From positions 124,001-188,000 of the forward strand of contig JAQGDQ010000275.1 in the NCBI GenBank assembly GCA_030141605.1: a stretch of 64,000 nucleotides of DNA, in the 5' to 3' direction. Source of the DNA: Tubiluchus corallicola (Eukaryota; Animalia; Priapulida). The notes below the pieces were generated by a model. It searched no databases. It saw only the letters and a program-made list of their open reading frames with translations, and had not been told where the DNA came from. A program made the translations under genes and the position numbers. Shown one piece after another: positions 39,376-53,400 of the stretch. Position 1 is the first letter of the stretch; every line of letters begins with the position of its first letter.

Positions 39376-40386
39376 CGTTACTGGTTATGCGTTATTTAAC
39401 TTTCTATTTCAAAACTTTAAACCCGCACACATGCACGTACACACTCTCACGCGTGCACTCACATACGTACACTTTTCCTAACCCCTTCCCGCATTTTTCA
39501 TTCTGATTTCTTGTGACTGTCTTAAGCTCAACTTATCACTCGAAGTCGATTTAAAAGCTTGGATGGTTGTACAGTCGATTGGAGAGAGAAAGAGAGATAA
39601 CGTGAAAAACAAACGCTATGTATGAGTTGATAAATGTGGTTAAACGCTGTTAAAGACAAACAGCTTTCCAACTGTCTGTTTGTTCAACTCATTGCCACTC
39701 GAAGGAGGAAAACGCGAATTCGGGGAATAATTTGTTAAAAGGGGAAGCTTTCACAGCGGCGTATCTAAAATAAAAGAATCATCCCAGATTTTATTCAAAC
39801 ATAATTTATATAAAAGCATGAATTCATTATAAAAATACATATGAAACATGTAAATGTATTACTGCAAGATGGGTCTGACACAAACATTATCGCTTCGCTG
39901 TCTTTTTTTGACGCTATTAAACTTATCGAATGCGTGATATCATCGTAAAAACGTACTGTATTAATGCAATGTATAAACTGTGTTTGATATTAGTTTAGCC
40001 AATAAATCCTAAGATTTGAAAATCTTTTTTAATTACTCATCAAATCAATTTGCTTATTAGGTTGCCTGGCAACACAAATTGTGCATTTATATCTAAAAAA
40101 TGTTCAAAAAATAACTGTGGCCAGCACAGGCTTAAGCTATTTCGCGCCCCCTGCGTAACGGGCGCCGTACGGCCGGTGCGGACAATGTGCGAAGTGAACC
40201 GTACGACACTCTTCTTTCCTCCCCATGACTGTGCAAATCAATTTATTTTCAATGATAGCTATTTTATTTTAGTAAATTGTGCATAAAAATTAAACTGCAC
40301 AAGTGCACTTGTAAGAGAAACCAACAATCTTTATTAATACGATTACTATTTGTTATTATCAAATACTAAATAAGTATTATAAGAGT

Positions 40387-40760
40387 CTTACTTACTTACT
40401 TGCTTACTTCTTACTCTCTCGCTCACACACACACTCACTCACTCACTCACTCACTCACTCACTCACTCACTCACTCACTCACCCATCCACCTACCTACCT
40501 ACCTAACCTTCTACTTACTTACTTACTTGCTTACTTCTTACTCGCTCGCTCACAAACACACTCACTCACTCACTCACTCACTCACTCACTCACTCACTCA
40601 CTCACTCACTCACTCACTCACTCACTCACTCACTCACTCACTCACTCACACACTCACTCACTCACTCACTCACTCATCCACCCACCCACGCACCCATCCG
40701 CCTACCTACCTACCTACCTACCTACCTACCTAACTAACTAACCTTCTACTTACTTACTTA
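40387..40760. repeat. (ACTT)/(CACT)/(ACCT) compound microsatellite, block duplicated in tandem
   Basis: The block CTTACTTACTTGCTTACTTCTTACTC..(CACT)n..(ACCT)n..AACCTTCTA occurs twice. Confidence 0.95.
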
Positions 40761-41399
40761 TCTACTTGTTTATTTCTTCTTACTGAATTTACAGTATTCT
40801 GTCGTATCATAGTCGTTTAGCAGTAATAAATAAATCACTTATTACAACTTGCTTCAGATCAATCAAAGCACTTTATCACCTTCAGATAATCAATTTTGAA
40901 TTTTAACTGATGGGTAGTTAAATTTGGCCGAATTTGAATATTTGAAAGACAGATTTCCCATTTGACGTTACTGACTGACTAGCTGCAGCTAACCAACAAG
41001 TACCAGACTATTAACCAACTGACTGACTGGTCTACTAAATCCGAAAACCGAGTAGAAATTCAATTTACTTAATATATAGTCGATAATTGCGAAGTTTTCA
41101 ATAACGGTATTAGTATAAACCTTATTAATTATTCTTCACCTCGTACTCAAACTTTACTTATCTATTTTTATTCGAGAGCTTCGTCGGTTTTTGCAACTGA
41201 TCATCGTAGTAACTGGCTGTATTATTGCAGTTAATGGCTAAAAACACATTCGCATTTATCATATTATTTTAATAGAAAGCTTTACATGATGTTACACCAT
41301 TATGAAGATGGCTGTCTAGTGTCTGTTCGTGTAAATCATCTTTCTAATTTCCGATTGTTAGTTTTACTTTTGCGTCGGTTACTACAGTTGTATAGTTGT

Positions 41400-42618
41400 G
41401 TTTCGATAACTGAACTTGAAGGGGAAGAAAGGGAATTGTTCTGATAACTGAACTTGAAGGGGAAGAAAGGGGAATAGTTCTGATAACTGAACTCGAAGGG
41501 GAAGAAAGGGGAATTGTTCTGATAACTGAACTTGGAGGGGAAGAAAGGGGGATTGTTCTGATAACTGAACTTGGAGGGTAGAAAGGGGAATTGTTCTGAT
41601 AACTGAACTTGGAGGGGTAGAAAGGGGAATTGTTCTGATAACTGAACTTGGAGGGGTAGAAAGGGGAATCGTTCTGATAACTGAACTTGGAGGGGTAGAA
41701 AGGGGAATCGTTCTGATAACTGAACTTGGAGGGGAAGAAAGGGGAATCGTTCTGATAACTGAACTTGGAGGGGTAGAAAGGGGAATCGTTCTGATAACTG
41801 AACTTGGAGGGAAAGCAAGGGGAGTCGTGTCGATAACTCAACTTGGAGGGGAAGGAAGGGGGATCGTTCCGATAAGTCAAATTGGAGCGGAAGAAAGGGG
41901 AATAGTTCCGATAACTGAACTTGGAAGGGAAGAAAGTGGAATCGTGTCGATAACTGAACTTGGAGGGGAAGAATAGAATCGTTCCGATAAGTCAATTTGG
42001 AGGGGAAGAAAGGGGTATAGTTCCGATAACTGAACTTGGAGGGGAAACGAGGGGAGTGGTGTCAATAACTGAACTTGGAGGGAAAGAAAGGGGAGTCGTG
42101 TCGATAACTGAACTTGGAGGAGAAGAAAGGGGAATCGTTCTGATAACTGAACTTGGAAGGGAGGCAAGGGGAATCGTGTCGATAACTGAACTTGGAGGGG
42201 AAGAATAGAATCGTTCCGATAAGTCAATTTGGAGGGGAAGAAAGGGGTATAGTTCCGATAACTGAACTTGGAGGGGAAACGAGGGGAGTGGTGTCAATAA
42301 CTGAACTTGGAGGGAAAGAAAGGGGAGTCGTGTCGATAACTGAACTTGGAGGAGAAGAAAGGGGAATCGTTCTGATAACTGAACTTGGAAGGGAAGAAAG
42401 GGGAATCGTTCTGATAACTAAACTTGAAGGGGAAGAAAGGGGAATTGTTCCAATAACTGAATTTGGAGGGAAGAAAAAGGGAATCGTTCTTATAACTGAA
42501 TTTGGAGGGGAGGAAAAGAAATCGTTCCGATAACTGAACTTGGAGAGGAAGAAAAGGGAAGTGTTCCGATAACTGAACTTGGAGGAGAAGAAAAGGAAAT
42601 CGTTATGGCAACTGAAGT
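41400..42618 (+). repeat. Purine-rich 39-bp minisatellite, about 31 copies
   Basis: Unit GATAACTGAACTTGGAGGGGAAGAAAGGGGAATCGTTCT; ends about 500 bp before the exon 2 acceptor. Confidence 0.97.
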
Positions 42619-43120
42619 TAGTTAGAGAGGAAGAAAGCATATTATTAATCCGATTGGCAAGTCAGAATCATTTATGTTTTTGCTTAGTGAGGTGTGCTAT
42701 AAATGTTCTAATTATTTTTTCAAACTTGATTCAATTTTATCTTTACTTGATTAATATTATGAACGAATAGAAAGTTAAATGTGGGCTGTTACGTGGTGAT
42801 ACGCTTAGTGACCTCAGAACACACGAAATGGTCAAACTACAGTGTAGTAACTCTCAATCCACTTCACAAAATCAAATATTTCTACAAGCGAAGACATAAA
42901 ATGGTGCGAAATGTAACATGGTCCAATAGAAAATCGGTCATTTGATGCAAGAATTTTGTGTTTAAGTCGCATGCCAAGGGCTGTGTTGACATCATCTGTA
43001 CCTCTGTCCCATATACCAAATTTTGATAATCTTAATAGCGTTTTAATCAATTTCTTAGCAAATGACACTAATACAAAATTTCTACATGTACGTATTTAAT
43101 TTCTGACGTTTCTTTTACAG

Positions 43121-44302
43121 GGCATGTTCATAGTAAGTCTTCCATATGCTGTACTTCACGGTGGTTACTGGGGTATCTTTGCCATGGTTGGCGTAGCTTA
43201 CATTTGCTGCCACACAGGAAAGATTCTTGTCGACTGTCTTTACGAAGAGGACCAGTATGGCATCCGACATCGGGTGCGGGACAGCTACGTGGGCATTGCC
43301 GAAGAGTGCTTTGGCAAGCGATTTGGTGGTCGAATCGTCAATGTGGCGCAAATCATAGAACTGCTCATGACGTGCATATTATACGTGGTGCTGTGTGGTG
43401 ACTTAATGATTGGCAGTTTTCCCGATGGTCCTGTGGACATCAAGTCTTGGATGATGCTGGCCACAGTGTTCCTTCTGCCTTGTGCGTTCCTGAAGCACTT
43501 GAGGGCAGTCTCGTGGCTGAGCTTCTGGTGTACTGTAGCACATTTCTTTATAAACGTCATCATACTGGCCTACTGCTTTTCTAAAGCAAAAGAGTGGGTC
43601 TGGAAGGAGGTGCAGATCACGATCGATATATGGACATTTCCCATCTCTCTAGGAATTGTCGTGTTTAGTTATACATCGCAAATATTTTTGCCCACGTTGG
43701 AAGGCAACATGATCCGGCGTGACCGTTTCCAGTGCATGCTGAACTGGAGTCATGTGGCCGCAGCCGTGTTCAAGGCAGGATTCGGATGGATCGGTTTCTT
43801 GACATTCGGCTACGACACCGAAGAGGTCATCACCAACAACCTGCCCACTATAACCTTCAAGGGAATCGTCAATCTGATTCTGGTCATCAAGGCCATCTTA
43901 TCCTATCCACTGCCATTCTACGCCGCAGCCGAACTCATAGAGACGGCTCTGTTTAAGGAGCGTCCGCACACCGTGTTTCCATCGTGTTTCCGGGAGGACG
44001 GCTCCTTCAAGATCTGGGCGGTGGTTCTTCGACTGGCCCTGGTCATCTTCACCATGCTCATGGCAATCTCCATACCGCACTTTGCAATCCTCATGGGCCT
44101 TATTGGCAGCTTCACGGGCACAATGTTGTCATTCGTGTGGCCGTGCTACTTCCACATGAAGTTAAAGTGGAACACAATGGCGTGGTACACTGTGACGTTC
44201 GACGTTTTCATCATATGCTTAGGTATATCGTGTGGACTCATAGGCATTTACTATTCAGGTTATGCCCTTATAGATGCCCTCAAGTACGGCGTTCCACAAT
44301 AA
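43121..44302 (+). CDS. slc32a1: VGAT/VIAAT coding exon 2 (Gly + 392 aa; multi-pass SLC32/AAAP transporter domain) to stop TAA
   Basis: Acceptor TTTCTTTTACAG|GGC ATG at 43120/43121 continues NAIQ|GMFIVSLPYAVLHGGYWG in phase 0. Contains the VGAT motifs TGKILVDCLYEE, IIELLMTCILYVVLCGDL, FSYTSQIFLPTLEGNM, KAILSYPLPFYAA and MGLIGSFTG. Visibly GC-richer than the flanks. Confidence 0.97.
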   Translation, partial: GMFIVSLPYAVLHGGYWGIFAMVGVAYICCHTGKILVDCLYEEDQYGIRHRVRDSYVGIAEECFGKRFGGRIVNVAQIIELLMTCILYVVLCGDLMIGSFPDGPVDIKSWMMLATVFLLPCAFLKHLRAVSWLSFWCTVAHFFINVIILAYCFSKAKEWVWKEVQITIDIWTFPISLGIVVFSYTSQIFLPTLEGNMIRRDRFQCMLNWSHVAAAVFKAGFGWIGFLTFGYDTEEVITNNLPTITFKGIVNLILVIKAILSYPLPFYAAAELIETALFKERPHTVFPSCFREDGSFKIWAVVLRLALVIFTMLMAISIPHFAILMGLIGSFTGTMLSFVWPCYFHMKLKWNTMAWYTVTFDVFIICLGISCGLIGIYYSGYALIDALKYGVPQ

Positions 44303-45440
44303 TTCTTGTTTTATAGAATATCAGAACATTTATTATGCTCTGGTGGGGGTATTGGGCTCCGAGTATGTAGTGAAAATTGTACCTTTGTTACTTAGGAAAT
44401 AGTAGGCCTACACTGCTAATTTGCTCAGTTTAAGTTATTACTGATAATAAACGATTATAGTAAACTACTATAGTAAACAATAATATTTATTAATATATTA
44501 TATATCTTATACTACAGTCTACGGTAAATACTGTACCTGTTGTAATTTCCAGGCGCAAATCTTTAGATTTTGTATTATGATTGTCTTTTGCGATTAATGA
44601 TATTTTTTGCTATGATATTAGTAAGAAAAAATGATTTCAAACTATATCAAACTGGCATACTATACTTGTTGCTTTCACTAGGAGAGTATCTACCTTAGTT
44701 ACAACAATTCATGTATGTAATTTTACAGGCACTGTTAATTCGTTAACAAATTATACACTTTATACAAACGTTAGACAGATCTATCTCTGGGCTTGTATTG
44801 TGTCAATACAGTAAAGAAATATGTGTGTACTAAATACAACATCAACGGTGCCAAAACTTATGGACGTAACCTAACACGTGCGTGCGTGCTTGAGTGCGTA
44901 GTGCGTGATTGAGTGTGCATGCATGCAGTGAACGTATATCCTTCGTAAACTTAGTTTTCCACGTTTTAATGTAAACAATCGTAAGTTTGACATAATTACG
45001 AGAAATAGTAATAGTATGCTGAGCAAAAACAATAATTTTAAGTTAGGCAAAGAAACTGATGTAGTTATAGAAAGTACTTGATGCTTATAGAATAGATAGT
45101 ATGAACATAAATGTAATGGTAAATGTTTCAAAAATGCAATAATTAACAAGTATAATGCCTAAGTATACTTTGTTGTAATACATCGCAACGTACTTGGCAT
45201 AAAATGTGTATGAAAGTAATAATTATAAATAACTACTGTTCCGTTATTACATTTATAGTGTATATATATATATATATATATATATGTTACTGAAATGTAT
45301 TCATTGTATATAACGTATTGGTAAACATATCTGTGAATTGTACACATAAGAATATAATGTAATATCGTGTATAACTGTATTTAATATAGTTGTAATTTAT
45401 CATTAATCTCTATTAAAGTAATATTATGTTATGTAAATTA
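44303..45440 (+). other. slc32a1: Probable VGAT 3' UTR with candidate poly(A) signals
   Basis: Very AT-rich sequence after the stop, with AATAAA at 44446-44451 and ATTAAA at 45412-45417 followed by a T/GT-rich tract. The true end is unknown. Confidence 0.45.
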
Positions 45441-45671
45441 ATTGCTTTTGTTTGAATTTTAGTTGGTGAAACTATTATTTATTATAGAATAACACACTGC
45501 AAGCATAACATTGATTGTTGAGGCAGCACCGGACCTTTCTTTATTATTTAACTTGCTTTTAAGATGAGGTACTGAACAGCAGGGACATTAGCCATGTTCA
45601 GAGTGTATATCCGCCCTCCCTTTACGAGATCAATGACAGGAAACCGGTATGGCAGATGATACCGCTTAAAA

Positions 45672-45733
45672 GCAATTTTTGGTGGCGACCTTTCATTTAC
45701 CGACCGAGTTCAGCACTGATTAACTTCGGCCGA
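45672..45733 (-). pseudogene. Degenerate 5S rRNA-derived fragment
   Basis: Minus strand reads GGCCGAAGTTAATCAGTGCTGAACTCGGTCGGTAAATGAAAGGTCGCCACC. Confidence 0.4.
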
Positions 45734-45954
45734 ATAACATACACATACACATGTAAAATTGAAAATCTAAACTATCCGTAAATGCTGCCACCCTATTGCT
45801 GATTTTACTATTAGGAATTAAAATGAGTTTCGTTGGTATATTTACGTTTTTTTAATATCTTATTCGTACAAAACGTACATTAACACCAACACAGACACAC
45901 ATTCTACAATTAAAACAACATTTAGCAGGACGATTATCGAACTACCACCACGTA

Positions 45955-45973
45955 AACAACAACAACAACAACA

Positions 45974-46004
<31 letters not shown>

Positions 46005-46256
46005 CGATGACGACAATAACAACAACAGCAGTAGCAGCAACAATAACAACAATAGCAGCAGCCAAATAACAATAACAACAACAACGATGACGACGATGAC
46101 AACAACAACAACAGCAACAACAACAACAACAACAACAACAATGATGTCAACGACGACAACAATAGCAACATCAACAGCAGCAGCAGCAGCAGCAACAACA
46201 ACAATAACAACAAGAACAAGGATAACAACAACAACAACAACAACAGCAGCAGCAAC
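45955..46256. repeat. (CAA/CGA/CAG)n microsatellite
   Basis: Direct reading. Confidence 0.95.
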
Positions 46257-46829
46257 TATAAAAACAATTTTATTCATCTATACTCAAATAATTATCAAAT
46301 AAAGTAAACATATTTTTGTTTACACAGTTGGAAAAACTTATATTATGTTACAAGGAGTCGACGTCAGTGACGTCCGTGAGATTATTATTACTGCTGGTTA
46401 AGACAGACGCATTTTGATGGATGGGCGAGCTCCTGAGAAATTCCGAATGAGTTGATATACGAGAAAATATCGCAACTGAAGAACAAACATTTTTTTCAGC
46501 ATTAAGTAAATATAGTCTGATACAATACAGTAAGGGAATCGAAAACGAGGCCATACTTTTTGCCATTTACTAATAGGTGCACAAGACCTATAGTTTAACC
46601 CATTACCGAAAGTGTATGTTAGAAGAACAAAAAATTCGCTGTGTTTATAGGTAGTAGCTATAGCATTTTATTTCGGTCTAAAGCACCCATAAAAACTTAT
46701 CTACATGCAGGTAGAGACATAGTATACATAAAATATGCAGTGAAATTAGAAATCAAATTAAAAATTCAAATAATGATTAAAGCTGCATGTATTAGCAATG
46801 CTCAGGCTTTATCGTAACTGTCAAGCCAA

Positions 46830-47800
46830 GCCGTAGTCTTGATAAGCTCCATGCCAATGAGTTCTGGCCTTGACAATCTTCATGGTAGTGAGTTCTGGTC
46901 TTGATAAGCTTCACGGTAGTGAGTTCTAGAACTGGCAAGCTTCATGTCGTAGGTTCTGGTCCAGACAAGCTTCATACCCGTAAGTTCTGGCCTTGACATG
47001 CTCCATGCTAGTGAGTTCTGGCCTTGATAAACTTTATTCCAGTGAGTCCTAGCGTTGCTAAGTAATGCCAGTGAGTTCTTGTCCTGGTAGGTTTCATGAC
47101 AGTGAGTTCTTGCCCTGCTAAGTTTCATGACAGTGAGTTCTGGACCTGGTAGTCATACCAGTGAGTTCTTGCTCAAGTAAGTTTCATGACAGTGAGTTCT
47201 GGTCCAGGAGAGTTTCAAGCCAGTGAGTTCTTTCTCTCGTAAGTAATGCTAGTGAGTTCTTGCTTTGGCAAGCAATGCTAGTGAGTTCTTAATTTGGTAA
47301 GTAATGCTAGTGAGTTCTTGCTTTGGCAAGTAATACTAGTGAGTTCTTGCATTGGTAAGTAATGACAGTGAATTCTTTCTTAGGCAAGTAATGCTAGTGA
47401 GTTCTTCCATTGGTAAGTAATGCCAGTGAGTTCTTTCTCTCGTAAGTAATGCTAGTGAGTTGTTCCTTTGGTAAGTAATGCCAGTGAATTCTTTCTTCGA
47501 TAAGTAATGCTAATCAGTTCTTGCATTGGTAAGTAATGCCAGTGAATTCTTTCTCAGATAAGTAATGCTAGTGAATTCTTACATTGGTAAGTAATGCCAA
47601 TGAGTTCTTTCTCTCGTAAGTAATGCCTGTGAGTTCTTGCAATAGTAAGTAGTGCCAGTTCTTATTCTGTGTCCTGACAGTGAGTTCTTGCCCTGGTAAG
47701 TTTCATAACAATGAGTTCTGGCTCTGGCGGTCATGCCAGTGAGTTCTTGCCCTGGTAAGTTTCATAACAGTGAGTTCTTGCCCTGATAAGTTTCATGACC
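46830..47800 (+). repeat. Diverged 29-31-bp minisatellite
   Basis: Conserved core AGTGAGTTCT in most units, with subtypes TAAGTTTCATGACAGTGAGTTCT and TAAGTAATGCTAGTGAGTTCT. Confidence 0.92.
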
Positions 47801-48697
47801 GTCAACAGGCCAGTAATAACGAGGTTACGCTATAATGTTTTTACTTTCCAGTTTTTTCGAAATTCCGAATCATTATGAGCTTTTTTAGAACCATACAGTC
47901 TCAATGCGCATGTGCCGAAATTTGCTCATTTCATTTTCTTAAAATTTGCGTCGTCATGCAGCAAGGCTTATGGTAAGACTGCCATTTAGAAGGGCTCATA
48001 ACAAACTATGCAGATCTAATTTGGATAAGTTAAACCTTTTGTCTCGCTGACTGGCGCGCGCCATGTTTACTGAAACTTGTTCAAATATTTTGCCAATATA
48101 ATCAACGCTGAGCGGACAGCATCAATTGGGAGTTAAAGTAACCCAAGTGAAACAGCAAACTTAGAAACACAGGCTGTCGTAGATTGGCTAGTGCAGAATT
48201 TGACAGTCTGAATCTATAGACATTGATGGCCCTACTTATTAGAACAAATTTAGTTAAAACTGACCGTGTCACTTAGTGAAATTAAAGCACGTCAGACTGG
48301 AGCGACAGCGAAACCGAACTGTGTGTTTTTCTGTTGAAACAGTGCAGTAAAATATGTCGAAAGGTGCTGGTCAAAATTTGATTTAATTCCGATTTAATAA
48401 CTTCTTCATTATGGCATCATAATGATGTAAAATGCATTTTATTTGTGTTGTTCCAATTTTCTTACTGTATAACTTTGTGTGTGTACATTCCAGTAACAGT
48501 ATATTAGCATTGGTCAACTTTTACCGTCTGCAATATTTGTTTCTGGAAAACCCTGTATCACTGAAAGTTGTGTACACTTTTTGATGAACGACTGTGTTGA
48601 ATTTCGTTTGTGATTCCGTAATACAGAACAATGATCTCAAATTTAAAAGTTTAAAGATTGTAAAGTGTAGTAACATTTGCTCATAATATACACTAAA

Positions 48698-49080
48698 TTT
48701 AGTTTAGTTTAATATCTTTATTAGAAACAATTAAAAATATGTAGAAAAAAGTATGAAATCTGAAAGCAGGAAACGTATGTACAGCACAGTGTAAACTTTT
48801 ACAGATAAAAATGGTTAATTAAAAATTACTGATAAAAGCGGAAAGAGCCAAGGCAACTTATAGGTAAAAACATAAAATTTAATGATTAATGATATACTAA
48901 TGAATAATAAATAACAATAACAACGTTTTTATAACAATGATACTTAGAGGACAGACCAAGGGGGTAGTGATGACAAACTCAATGAGTTGATTCCAGATTT
49001 TATTTATTCTGTTTGAGAAAAAGTTTTCAAAATCAAGTCCGCAGTGAGTTGGTTGTAACTTTTAGAGGTGACCCCCGTTT
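48698..49080 (-). mobile_element. CR1-like LINE 3' remnant (not in ORF track)
   Basis: Minus-strand translation of about 48961-49078 gives GGHL*KLQPTHCGLDFENFFSNRINKIWNQL, the CR1 ORF2 C-terminal motif RGH..KL...FFSNR....WN.L. The downstream UTR ends AATAAAGATATTAAACTAAACTAAA. Confidence 0.75.
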
Positions 49081-49377
49081 TTTGTCAGAGGGTATTGCGT
49101 GTCTTTCTGCCACTATCAGAGAAGTTTACTAGCTTGCTATAATTGTCACTGCGAACGCAGCCTTCGAGGGAGTCTTGCTTTTGTGACATTTTTATGGTGT
49201 AAAAGTTAAAGTTATATTAGTTACTGCGGAATGTTTACATTAGAGAATTCGATCAACTTTTGATGGATAAAGTATAAAAATTATAATTGTACTAGGTGGC
49301 AATGTTTCCAATGTGGTCAGAAACTGAAGATTTTGCAAAAAATGACATCAACCTTTTGTTTAGATACATAAATATAC

Positions 49378-49646
<269 letters not shown>

Positions 49647-50444
49647 TTATGTATATAAACAAAAAGCTGATAAAACAGATGAAAACAATAAAATCATCAT
49701 TCAGTGATAATGATTAAAAACCAACACTGCCTAATGGCAAATGAGTATGGTGCAAATTAAAATATTAAAATTGTAAGTACATGCAATATTAAAAAGATAC
49801 ACAGAAGGACTCAGCACCAGCACTTTTATACAGTATTAAATCATATAAAATACTCAAAAATACTATACATAGTTAGTACACAACAATTTAACTAAATTTT
49901 ACAGAGATACAATCAAAATACAGAATAAAATTGTTGTCTATGATACAGTAGTATTTAGCTTTTGTTTTAAAATAATAATAAAAAGAAACTTCAGATGGGA
50001 TGATACACAGACGATTGAATAGACATATATTATTTATTAAAACTGTAATTTAGGTATAGAATACTATTAGGGGCATGGGGAAATGGAAAGTGGGTCTGAA
50101 TGAATATTATCATTTTGGAACAATGGGTATTCGAATCTGTCCTTAGTATATTTCTTAGCTAATTTTTTTAAACAATATCATAATGTGTTTGAATGTCAAA
50201 ATTTTGCTTTCACTGGTCGCTTGATTGCTCATACGTTAGCCAACCTCCTGTCAACTTACACAATTCAATTCATCTCATTGAGATCTTTCATTTAATGAAC
50301 TACGAGCAAGTTTCGCTCGACATTTGTCTATCCGACCCCTACTCCTTAACAAGAGTCAGAGGTTAGTAAACATCTGTCCTTCGCCCGCCCAAGCCCACCC
50401 ACCATGTGAGTTTTATCACCCCAGCTTGTAAGTCAAGCGAATTA

Positions 50445-50613
50445 TTAAAGGAAAACAGGTTGATTTTTCATATCATATCTAGAGGTGCGATAAAAACTAC
50501 TGTGGTAGCAATTCTTTCACGTAAATCATTCTTGAGAAAAATAGCATGTTCCCATTCGATTAGGATAGATCGTTTTGATCTACAGTTTAAGATTGGTTTC
50601 AGTTTTCCTCTAA
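50445..50613 (+). mobile_element. MITE family A, internally deleted copy 5
   Basis: TTAAAGGAAAACAGGTTGATTTTTCATAT joined after a short spacer to the 3' end of the family (TGTGGTAGCAATTCTTTCACGTAA...CAGTTTAAGATTGG...TTTTCCTCTAA). Confidence 0.75.
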
Positions 50614-50662
50614 GCAACATGTTTGTAGAGAATAAATAAATATATAAATGTATAAATAAGCA

Positions 50663-50807
<145 letters not shown>

Positions 50808-51873
50808 TGTAATAATTTCAAAAAGAAATTGCTACAGCACAGTATTATTAATGAGTAGAACAGATACAGGCACATACTAACGCAAAAAATTGATAATTTC
50901 TCTTCGAAAATAAAACAGCATATTTTCGAAAAAGCAGACATATTTTTATGTTAAATCTACAACACTAGTTGATGTACCGACGAACGATAATACCAATCTA
51001 AACCCAACGTGAAGCCAAATTTTCTAATCTTGTAATAGAAATATGTACTTTAAACAGTATCGCGCTGACTGGTATAATCAAGTATTACATGAACAGGCAC
51101 GACAAATATGCATTGTAAGAAGATATTCCCCCTGGACACTTGTAACCCAGTTAGACTGGGGAATCATCCTCTCTTATTGATTAATAGACTGATTACACGT
51201 TACAGAATTGATTGCTTTTATCGCAACGTCAATTTAATGCCGGTAGAGATGAATTTTAATGATTTATGATTAACTATGTCGTTCAATGGGATATTCTATG
51301 TAGCCTGTGCAACATAAATGCATGCAGTGACATGGCGCTGCTAACGTATTTATGTTACATATACAAAGCCACAAAGCCACTTGGCTTGTGAGTTATGTGA
51401 TATAATTGCTTCAATGTAATTATACCAGAATTTTTCCTTATGATCGATTTTTTTATTCTTGATGGGAAGTAATGATTTAGAAGTAATTAAAGCATTTATT
51501 GATTATCTTGAAAAGGCGTTTTTAAGATACGATGGACAGTATATTATGTAATGCTCATATCATTGAAAATGAGGCCAAATAAACGACAATTTATTTTAAA
51601 TACTAATAATTAAACTTTTCATTTAAATAACTAAAATAACTAACTGGAAGATTTAATAAAATGTGTTTTATCAGTAATGGTTTTGTTGACCTGGAGTGTC
51701 ACTATATATCAAAATTGATATTGTATATATCTTGTTTTTTCTTGTATTGTATGCGTTTTTTGGTACTAATAAATATGAAATATATGTGATATAGATACGT
51801 TAGCTCAACATTAGGTGTTTCTATTATCGGTGCTTTTAAATCTAAGGCTAAAAAGTCATTGTTGTAGTCTACC

Positions 51874-52503
<630 letters not shown>

Positions 52504-52984
52504 AACTCATGGCTTTTTAAATGTTTTTTATTATAAATAAGTCCAACATTGTTTTTCATGTTTTTGTTACTAAAACGTGGCGTTTGCATGCATTTTAAAT
52601 GACAATAAAATATTGAGATATATATTGTAATTGTTATTTCAGCTTTTTGAAACTTCGTAGCTGAATGTAGTTCGAAAAACAGGCGTTGCTAAAAGACAAA
52701 TTATTATGGGACTCTAAGCTTATAACTTCTTATTATATGCATGAAAACGTCTTGTGAGGGTCTGTGATGAAGACAATGTGCATACTAAATAAAGACAGCA
52801 TAGATTCGCTACCAAGAAGTATAAATACAGGGAGCTTAAAAAAAAAATGCGCTGACAAATGTTATACGGCTAACAATATTACTTTCAATTTGTTATTATT
52901 ACATATTATTATTTTGTGATTCTCCTAGTTGAATTGGGCATGTAAATTTTATTCTTTAAGCAAATAAAAGTGGTAACTATATGA

Positions 52985-53400
52985 TTTGTTTACCTTCAGA
53001 AATCAGTTTTAAATTAAGATTCAGTAAATTTGCAAACAGAATTTTAACCATCATGTACCAATGATTAGTCACGTGGCTCACATTGCTATTTGTGACCCGT
53101 TTTCGTCTTTTTTGCAGCTATGTTACTGAAAACGTATGCTCAAAAAAAATTGGCTCATAATTCGACGCCTCTACGTAATGATATTTTAAATAATTATTAT
53201 AAGAAAATTCCTGTTGATATTAAAAGTAAAGTTTGCGTTCTAAAAGTAATGATTGATTTGCGTGGAAATATACTCTACTGTGATGTGCTTGAGTCAAATG
53301 ATGACGACTGCATTATTAATGAAATATGTGTTAACTAGTGTGTGATTTTTTTATTTACGTGTTCTCTAGACGTAACGTTTTTAACATTTTTATGTACAGT
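52985..53400 (+). mobile_element. Possible RTE-X-like LINE 3' remnant
   Basis: ORF ends VLKVMIDLRGNILYCDVLESNDDDCIINEICVN*, resembling C-termini of some invertebrate LINE ORF2 proteins; followed by a short UTR and a pentamer satellite. Confidence 0.45.

Noticed and set aside
41336-42770. Multiple 13-aa-repeat ORFs on both strands
   Set aside because: 39-bp minisatellite with frameshifting units; open in many frames, which is typical of non-coding repeats.
43115-44316. Short ORFs overlapping VGAT exon 2 on both strands
   Set aside because: Shadow frames of a GC-richer real exon.
46830-47800. CRISPR-like array
   Set aside because: Eukaryotic context, no cas genes, and the variable segments are under 10 bp and mutually related.
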